NCBI GenBank assembly: GCA_965219685.1
Contig: CBDCOH010000002.1
Coordinates: 2,144,001-2,208,000, forward strand
Direction of reading: 5' to 3'
Source of the DNA: Candidatus Spongiisociaceae bacterium
GTDB lineage: Bacteria > Actinomycetota > Acidimicrobiia > Spongiisociales > Spongiisociaceae
DNA length: 64,000 nt
In this document: positions 49,890 through 57,059 of the stretch, piece by piece
How positions within the stretch are numbered: the stretch's first letter is position 1
How the letters are laid out: each line of letters begins with the position of its first letter
Position numbers and translations under genes: made by a program
The notes under the pieces: model-generated
Database searches by the model: none
Told to the model about the DNA's origin: nothing
What the model saw: the letters and a program-made list of their open reading frames with translations, nothing else

Positions 49890-50555
49890 ATGGCAACCAT
49901 CAGGAACGACCGCAAGAGAGTCGAGGAGTTCATCATCCCCCGGGGAACCGGCAAGGCGTTCCACCTGGCGGCAGGGCAGATCCTGCGGATCACCGCCCAC
50001 GAGGGCAAACAGGTCGCGGACGTCAAGTTCATCAACGCCCACGACCACAGGGAGCAATTCTGCGCGTGGTGGTCCTCGTGCCTCAACTCCGAACGCCCCG
50101 ATGGCCTGATAACCGGTGGAACCAAGAGGATCACCGAACTGTTCTCCAAACCCCCCTGGGAGCGGGTGATGCTCCGCGTCATCGACGACAAGGTCGGAGA
50201 CCACCTCTTCAACGGCGCCTGCTCACCCCGTATCCGGGAGTTGATGCCCGAATTCGACTATCTGGGTAGCGAGACCTGCGTGGACCTCTTCCAGGAGGTC
50301 CTCGCTCCCCATGGCATCGGGCTCGAAGACCTGGAGGCGTCCGGTACGTTCAACGTTTTCATGCCGGTCCGCTTCAGGGACGACGAAGCCGGAACGTGGG
50401 AGTTCCTTCCGCCGTCCTGTGAGAAGGGTGACTTCATCGAGTTCCAAGCGGAGATGGACATCCTGGTGGCGGCGACCTCCTGCCCGCAGGTCGCCATCAT
50501 CAACGACTACAACCCCAAGGCCATGATGTACCAGATCTTCGAACGGCAGGGCTAA
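49890..50555 (+). CDS. DUF1989 / urea carboxylase-associated family protein
   Basis: GQILRI..EGKQVAD, H...GAC, C, FNVFM, and GDFIEFQAEMDILVAATSCP motifs. Confidence 0.88.
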   Translation: MATIRNDRKRVEEFIIPRGTGKAFHLAAGQILRITAHEGKQVADVKFINAHDHREQFCAWWSSCLNSERPDGLITGGTKRITELFSKPPWERVMLRVIDDKVGDHLFNGACSPRIRELMPEFDYLGSETCVDLFQEVLAPHGIGLEDLEASGTFNVFMPVRFRDDEAGTWEFLPPSCEKGDFIEFQAEMDILVAATSCPQVAIINDYNPKAMMYQIFERQG

Positions 50556-50649
50556 CGACAGGCCCCGTGCCGACCAGTCAAGCCTTAGATCGAGAGTAGG
50601 AACACCACGGCTAACCGCTGGGCGTGCCATGCCGACCTCAGGTGGTCCC

Positions 50650-52815
50650 TTAGAAAGAGGCTTCCTGGGATAGGACCGTCACTGCCAACATGTCTAGGAA
50701 CCTTGCGAGTTCCGGCCATTGGAAATTGACGCCCTGGTAGAAGGAAGACGTCGTACTCCTGGTCAGGAAAACGGCTGTGCTTCCTGCCACAGTGATAGAG
50801 GCCTCATAGGGCCCCTCCGGTGTCCTGGTCACCTCGATCCGGGTGTCTCCTGTATCGAGTTCCCAGGCTCCCCCATGGGTGGCAACCAATTGTCTCTCGG
50901 TCGTTTCGTTCATCGCACGGGGGAGTCGCTCGACAAACGCAGCGACGTGTGCTGTCGACTCCGGCACTCCGTCGTGGGTCATACGCGACTGGGCATCTTC
51001 CGTGATCGTTCTCGCAGAGAGGTTGCCTACCCAAATCGATGCTTCATAGTGTCCTTCCGCGGTTCTGTCCAGAGCGACGTGTACGTCCCCCTTGGAGTGA
51101 TCCCATCGACGCGGGCGTAATACGTAGTGGGTACCGCGCTTTGAGCCGCGGCGTTCCAGTTGGCCATCGCCGACGAGGCGGTTGAGAATCTTGACCACAG
51201 CAATCCGGTCAAGCCCTGTAGCAAGTCTCACGTCGGCGTTCGCAATCGGACCCGCAACCGCGCGCGCCAGTACCTCAGCGTCGAAATCCGTCCCCTTGAT
51301 TCGTGTACCGTCGGGCTTTGCGATTTCTGGGCTCAATGCGTAGGCCGCCCCCGCCCCGGCGCCCTGCTGCTGCAGTAAACCTCTGTCACGAAGCCGTGCC
51401 AGTACCCTGCTTGCCCGGGAAGCATTCACACCCAGGAGGTTCCTGACCACCGTGTTGGTGAGGGCCTCACCGCGGGCGGCTAGGACAAGCAACCGAACAT
51501 CGGACGGTTCAAGGCCCCCAACCAACACGCCGTCACCTACCGAGTACGGCCGGTCCGCAGTGCCAGTGGCTGAGGTGAGGGTCTGAGCGAGCCAGGCACG
51601 CTCCAGTGGCGAAGCCTCCGAGCGCAGCCTGAGCGTGACCGTAACCGACGAGTCATCCGTCTCGAACTTCGGTGGCGCCATCAGGTTCAGCGCCATGTGA
51701 CGGTACATCAGATCGACACCGCGCCCGGCGTCCTCAGCGACACCGAAGTAGCGAAGCGTCCTGATGACCAGCACATTGCGCGGGTTGGACTGCTGCGAGA
51801 GACTATCCAGGGACACACCGTGGGGTAGCCCGCCCGGTGAACGCACGATGACCCGGTCCGGCCGTATCTCAACCCGTACAGCTTCTCCCAGGGCCGCGTA
51901 CGAGCGGTGCGCGACGGCGTTGGTGATTGCCTCGCGCACTACCGGTTCGGGTAGACGATGCAACTCGTGGCGCCAGACACCGATTGTGGCCAAGTCCACA
52001 CCCAGTTCTTCCAGCACAAAGCCTGCGGCGTCGGGCACCTGGTGGTGAAGGGGACCAGTGAACTCCTCGCGGCGGTCGTAGTTGATTCCGTCGTCGGGGT
52101 ACCGGAAAACTTCTACGTGCGCCTTGCCTAACGGTGTACTGGGGTTTGGGAGTAGGAAAAGGGCACCCGCCACGCTGAGCCGATCACAGGCACCACTCAG
52201 CACTACGAAGCCGTTGTCCCGAAGCCGGTCCAGCAATTCAGGCGAGCTACCGCTCCGTTCGGTCCATTGCCATACGCCGGCTAACTGCTGTCCAAGACCA
52301 GGATCGATATCACCGGTAGTCAGCCTCGTAGCGGAGGATTCCGTAGAGCGCCCGAACCGCCTGGCGATGAAATCGGCGAGGTCGGCGCCTAGCAGGGTCT
52401 GATTGGAGGCACCCCGGCGCTGCTTGACCTGGCCGTTGGGCAACTGTGCAAACGAGTGCTTTCGTGGACCCACTGATATCGCGACCACTACGCGACCGTC
52501 GACAGAGAGGCGGTGGATGCGGTAGGGACCGAGTTCCCGAACCTGACCCAACGTCTGACGCAATGAAGTGTCGCTGCTAACGCTCAGGTCGGCACCCTTC
52601 ACGAAGCCCCGGTCGGTCACTCCCACTAGGATCACGCCACCATCGGCGTTCGAGAAGGCCATCGCAGCTTGGGCGATACGGCTGTGGGATGCACCCTCCT
52701 TGAACTCTACGTGCTCACCCTCTGCCGGGAACTCGGCCGCGAACTGTTCGGCAGTCAACTCATCTGCCGGTCGAGAGTGGGAACTCGGATGGAACATAGG
52801 ATATGACATTATCAT
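50650..52815 (-). CDS. AlbA_2 (Schlafen-like) + HATPase-like + HTH protein with a C-terminal duplicated domain
   Basis: EGEHVEFKE..AFSNADGGVILVGVTD, REAITNAVAHRSY, SPGG, RN and GRGV motifs, followed by wHTH repeats. Confidence 0.85.
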   Translation of the reverse strand: MIMSYPMFHPSSHSRPADELTAEQFAAEFPAEGEHVEFKEGASHSRIAQAAMAFSNADGGVILVGVTDRGFVKGADLSVSSDTSLRQTLGQVRELGPYRIHRLSVDGRVVVAISVGPRKHSFAQLPNGQVKQRRGASNQTLLGADLADFIARRFGRSTESSATRLTTGDIDPGLGQQLAGVWQWTERSGSSPELLDRLRDNGFVVLSGACDRLSVAGALFLLPNPSTPLGKAHVEVFRYPDDGINYDRREEFTGPLHHQVPDAAGFVLEELGVDLATIGVWRHELHRLPEPVVREAITNAVAHRSYAALGEAVRVEIRPDRVIVRSPGGLPHGVSLDSLSQQSNPRNVLVIRTLRYFGVAEDAGRGVDLMYRHMALNLMAPPKFETDDSSVTVTLRLRSEASPLERAWLAQTLTSATGTADRPYSVGDGVLVGGLEPSDVRLLVLAARGEALTNTVVRNLLGVNASRASRVLARLRDRGLLQQQGAGAGAAYALSPEIAKPDGTRIKGTDFDAEVLARAVAGPIANADVRLATGLDRIAVVKILNRLVGDGQLERRGSKRGTHYVLRPRRWDHSKGDVHVALDRTAEGHYEASIWVGNLSARTITEDAQSRMTHDGVPESTAHVAAFVERLPRAMNETTERQLVATHGGAWELDTGDTRIEVTRTPEGPYEASITVAGSTAVFLTRSTTSSFYQGVNFQWPELARFLDMLAVTVLSQEASF

Positions 52816-53223
52816 AGTCTCTGTCTAGCCTGGTGCATGATTATATCATAAGTCGAAGTGGCTCCAACGGGAAGTGATGGGAGCCTTGGCGGGGATACAC
52901 CTTGCTGGTATCGGTTGCGTGGTTGTCACGGAGGTCAATCAAGCCGGGCCGAGATTGAGGCTGGGCCAACCTGCTACGGCACCCGGTGAACCCAGCGGTA
53001 GCCGCCCTTGCCTGACCGGTACGCACTGCGAAAGGATCGCTCTCCACTTTCTACAGGAATCGCGCTCAACTCTCACTGGATGGAACGGTCGCCCATCGCC
53101 GTTGTTGGGTTTCTAACCTCGCCGCGGCGATCTGGTACCGACGGAGCACGATGAGGCCTCCAGTCGCTCCAGAAGCGAGTGATAGACTCAAATTGTGGCT
53201 GATAGTCGGGAGGTGAGCAACGG

Positions 53224-54099
53224 ATGACGATGACGCGGTTCGACTACGTCGCGCCTACAAGCATCGAGGAGGTGACCGCACTCCTATCCAGCCACGGGAG
53301 TGACGCGAAGATCCTCGCCGGTGGTCAGTCCCTCGTAATCCTGCTCCGGCAGCGGCTTGTCGCGCCCACCGTTGTCGTCAGCCTGAGCGGGGTCGAGGCA
53401 TTGAGAGGTATCACGGGCAGCGACGGCGGCCTCCAGATCGGGGCGATGACCACCTACTCGGATGTCTCCCGCAGCGCGATGGTCAACCGGGTCGCGCCGA
53501 TGCTGGCGACGGCGGCCGGCTCCGTCGGATCCCGCCACATCCGGAACCGGGGAACCGTAGGCGGCAGTCTCGCCCATGCCGATCCCGCCGGGGACGTGCC
53601 CGTGGCATTGCTCGCCCTGGACGCATCGATCACGCTCGCAGGACCGGGGTCAACCCGCACCTGTGCAGCGAATGACTGGTTCACGGGGCTGTTCGAGGTT
53701 GCGATGTCGGATGAGGAAGTTGTCACCGGCGTGACCGTCCCGCGGCCGCCGGAAACAGCCAGCCACGGATACCACCGGTTCAGCTACCGGGAGGGCGAGT
53801 ACCCCATGATCGTGGCCGCCGCCGTCCTCGGTTGGGACGATGGGCGGTGCGCGTCGGCTCGGGTGGCCATGGGCGGTGTCGGTGCCCACCCACAGCGATT
53901 CCCCGCGGTGGAGGATCGGCTGGTCGGATCCGTGGTGAACTCAGGGGATATCGAAGCGGCAGCTGCCATCGCCGGCGAGTTCATGCATCCGCCGGCGGAC
54001 GTGCGCGGCTCCACAGGGTGGAAGAGAAAGGTAGCGGTGGAATTCATGAGGCGTGCGCTTGCCGGGGCGGGCGAAGGTCAGGGGAACGGCAATGGCTGA
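53224..54099 (+). CDS. Molybdoenzyme FAD medium subunit #3
   Basis: AGGQSL and IRNRGTVGGSLAHADP motifs. Confidence 0.95.
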   Translation: MTMTRFDYVAPTSIEEVTALLSSHGSDAKILAGGQSLVILLRQRLVAPTVVVSLSGVEALRGITGSDGGLQIGAMTTYSDVSRSAMVNRVAPMLATAAGSVGSRHIRNRGTVGGSLAHADPAGDVPVALLALDASITLAGPGSTRTCAANDWFTGLFEVAMSDEEVVTGVTVPRPPETASHGYHRFSYREGEYPMIVAAAVLGWDDGRCASARVAMGGVGAHPQRFPAVEDRLVGSVVNSGDIEAAAAIAGEFMHPPADVRGSTGWKRKVAVEFMRRALAGAGEGQGNGNG

Positions 54100-54565
54100 C
54101 CAGGACATCACCGTAGTCATCAACAACGAGCGGGTGTCAACGAGGGTTGCCGGCAACCGGCTGCTGCGTGACTGGATCAGGGAGGACCTCGGCCTCACCG
54201 GGACCAAGTCGGCCTGCGAGGATGGGATGTGCGGCGCATGCTCAGTCCATCTGGACGGTGACGTGGTCAAATCGTGCCTCATCCTCGCCCTGGAGGCCGA
54301 CGGACGCACCCTGACCACGATCGAGGGACTCGCACCGCCCGACGGCCTTCACCCCGTGCAGGAGGCCATGATCGACAACTTCGGGTTCCAGTGCGGGTTC
54401 TGCACCCCCGGGTTCATCATGACGATCGTCGACATCTTGGATAAGGAGACCGTGGACGACCCCGAATCGCTCCGCGAGGACCTCGTGGGCAACATCTGCC
54501 GCTGCACCGGATACACCAGGATCGTGGCCGCGGCGATGGACGCCGCCAATAGGAGGGACCAATGA
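54092..54565 (+). CDS. Molybdoenzyme 2Fe-2S small subunit #3
   Basis: CEDGMCGAC, QCGFCTPG and NICRCTGY motifs. Confidence 0.95.
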   Translation: MADQDITVVINNERVSTRVAGNRLLRDWIREDLGLTGTKSACEDGMCGACSVHLDGDVVKSCLILALEADGRTLTTIEGLAPPDGLHPVQEAMIDNFGFQCGFCTPGFIMTIVDILDKETVDDPESLREDLVGNICRCTGYTRIVAAAMDAANRRDQ

Positions 54566-56904
54566 AGAAATCCAATGGCTCCACCGGTCTCATCGGAACC
54601 TCCATGCGCAACGTCGACGGGCGGGCACTGGTAACCGGCCGCGCCCAGTACACGGTCGACCTGAGCTTTCCCCGCATGGCCCATGGAAAGATCGTCCGGA
54701 GCACTCTCGCCCATGCGCTCATCACATCGGTGGATGCGGACCTCGCACGCGAGGTGGAAGGCGTGCTGCTAGTCATCACCGGCGAAGACATATCGGAACT
54801 CGGCCCCGTGGCGAACGGCCCGATACTCGACATGCTGCTCCTTGCCACCGGAAAGGTCCGGTACGTGGGCGAACCGGTGGCCGTCGTGATCGGCGCCACC
54901 GAGGAGGCTGCCCAGGCAGGTGCGGACCTGGTCCAGGTCAACTACGAACCGCTCCCCCATCTGCTGGATCCCGAGGAAGCCATGCAGAGTGAGGCTCCCC
55001 TGATCCACGAGGGCCTCGACGGCGTGGAGGGCAATGTCTGCTGGCGGCAGGCCACCAGGGCAGGTGACATCGATGCCGCTCTCGCCGAGGCCGACCTGGT
55101 GATCAGCAAACGGCTGGTGACCTCCAAGGCCCATGCCATGCCCATGGAGACGCATGCTGCCGTCGCCCAATACGATGACGTGTCGGGCACCGTCACGCTA
55201 TGGACCGGCACCCAGCAGCCTCATCTCCTGCGCAACGAGATAGCACGGGTCTTCGGCCTTCCCCAGAGCAAGGTCCGTGTCATCAAGCCCTACATGGGTG
55301 GCGCGTTCGGCCATAAGGAAGGCCTCCATACCAACGAGGCAATGGCAATCTGGGCCGCCCGTGCGCTACGGAGACCGGTCCGCATCGAACTCAGCCGGGC
55401 CGAGGAGTTCGCGGCGACGGTCAGCCGCAATCCTCACATCCGGGACGCAACGATCGCGGTCCGCAGCGACGGGAAGGTACTCGGCTGGAAGGAGACCATC
55501 ACCCAGGACGTCGGGGCCTACACCAACATCAGCCCCGCGGTGCTCGCACTGTCCGAGTGGGTAACTGTCGGGCCGTACAAGACCCCGGCCCTCGATATCG
55601 AAGGTGCGGTCGTCTACACCAACAAGCCTCCATCGGGCGCTTTCCGAGGCTTCGGCAACCCGCAGGCAACCTTTGCCCGCGAGGTCATGTTCGATATCGC
55701 CGCCCGCGAACTGGGGATGGACCCGGTGGAGTTCCGTTACAAGAACTTGATCCGATCCGAGGACCTGCCGACAGCCACGGCCAACGGTCTGAAGCTGATC
55801 ACGCTGCCGATCGAGGAGGCAACCGGAGCGGTGGCCGACGCGATCGGATACGACGCCATGCGCGCCTCCAAACCCGCGTGGCGGGGTGTGGGCATCGCCA
55901 ACATGCTCGAGTGGGGCGGTGGGTGCCGCTGGCACGTGAACTACGACGTGGACATGTCGTCGGTGACCGTCGAGATGAACGCGGACGGCAGCGTGGTGGT
56001 CGCCACCGACGCCGCCGACTCCGGACAAGGCCACGCGACCATCTTCACCCAGATCGTCTGCGATCGTCTGGGAGTGGACCCCGCCACCGTGACGGTGCTG
56101 CAGTCGGACACCGAGAGTTCCCCCTTCGGATTGGGGACGTTCGCCAGCCGAACCGCGGTCGTGCACGGCTCGGCGCTCACCAGGGCATGTGACAACCTGG
56201 CCGAGACGCTCATGCAGGTCGCCGGGTCGAGCTTGGAGGCCGACCCTGCGGACCTCGAGATCGCCGACGGCCAGATCCGCATCCGGGGAACCAATCGCGG
56301 AATGCCTGTGACGACGGTCGCTGCCCTAGCCCACTACGTGCGGGCTGTGCTTCCGGGCGACATGGAATGCACCTCACTCGTGGCGACCGCCAGCTTCGAC
56401 ACCCCGTCCGACGTTCCGGATGAGAACGGCGTGGGCAACTTCGCGGCCAACTACACCACCTCCGCCACCATGGTCGTCGTGGACGTGGACCCGACCACGG
56501 GCAAGGTGACAATCGTGGACTGGGCAAGTGCGGAGGACGTGGGACGGGCGATCAATCCGGACCTCCTGAAGGGACAGCTACAGGGCGGCGTCGCCCAGGG
56601 AATCGGCTTCGCCCTCGGCGAGGACCTGATCTTCGACGAGTCGGGTACCGTCCTGAATCCGTCCATGGCGGACTACCAGGTCCCGACGGCGCCGCAGGTT
56701 CCGCTGATCGAGGACAAGATCATGGCGATCGAGAGCTTCGACCCCACCTATCCCCTCCAGCACAAGGGGATCGGCGAGAGCGGTATCACACCCGCAGCAG
56801 CAGCGATAGCCAACGCCGTCTTCGACGCGATCGGTGTACCCATCACGACCCTGCCGATCACCCCGGAGAAGGTGTTGGCAGCAATCGAGAGCCGGCTCGA
56901 TTAG
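54562..56904 (+). CDS. Xanthine dehydrogenase-family large subunit #3
   Basis: GTQQPH, GGAFGHK, AFRGFGNPQ and KGIGE motifs. Confidence 0.93.
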   Translation: MKKSNGSTGLIGTSMRNVDGRALVTGRAQYTVDLSFPRMAHGKIVRSTLAHALITSVDADLAREVEGVLLVITGEDISELGPVANGPILDMLLLATGKVRYVGEPVAVVIGATEEAAQAGADLVQVNYEPLPHLLDPEEAMQSEAPLIHEGLDGVEGNVCWRQATRAGDIDAALAEADLVISKRLVTSKAHAMPMETHAAVAQYDDVSGTVTLWTGTQQPHLLRNEIARVFGLPQSKVRVIKPYMGGAFGHKEGLHTNEAMAIWAARALRRPVRIELSRAEEFAATVSRNPHIRDATIAVRSDGKVLGWKETITQDVGAYTNISPAVLALSEWVTVGPYKTPALDIEGAVVYTNKPPSGAFRGFGNPQATFAREVMFDIAARELGMDPVEFRYKNLIRSEDLPTATANGLKLITLPIEEATGAVADAIGYDAMRASKPAWRGVGIANMLEWGGGCRWHVNYDVDMSSVTVEMNADGSVVVATDAADSGQGHATIFTQIVCDRLGVDPATVTVLQSDTESSPFGLGTFASRTAVVHGSALTRACDNLAETLMQVAGSSLEADPADLEIADGQIRIRGTNRGMPVTTVAALAHYVRAVLPGDMECTSLVATASFDTPSDVPDENGVGNFAANYTTSATMVVVDVDPTTGKVTIVDWASAEDVGRAINPDLLKGQLQGGVAQGIGFALGEDLIFDESGTVLNPSMADYQVPTAPQVPLIEDKIMAIESFDPTYPLQHKGIGESGITPAAAAIANAVFDAIGVPITTLPITPEKVLAAIESRLD

Positions 56905-57059
56905 CAATCTGGGGCAGTAGCCGGCCCAGGTTCGGGTTTGTGGTAGCCGGTGGCTGGTCGCACAAGACACCGCACTCCTCAATGGGATCAACCGGCTCTG
57001 GAGGCGTCCTGCTCTGACTGACAGGTTGCGCAAACGAGTGAATAGAGCGGAGGACGGGA

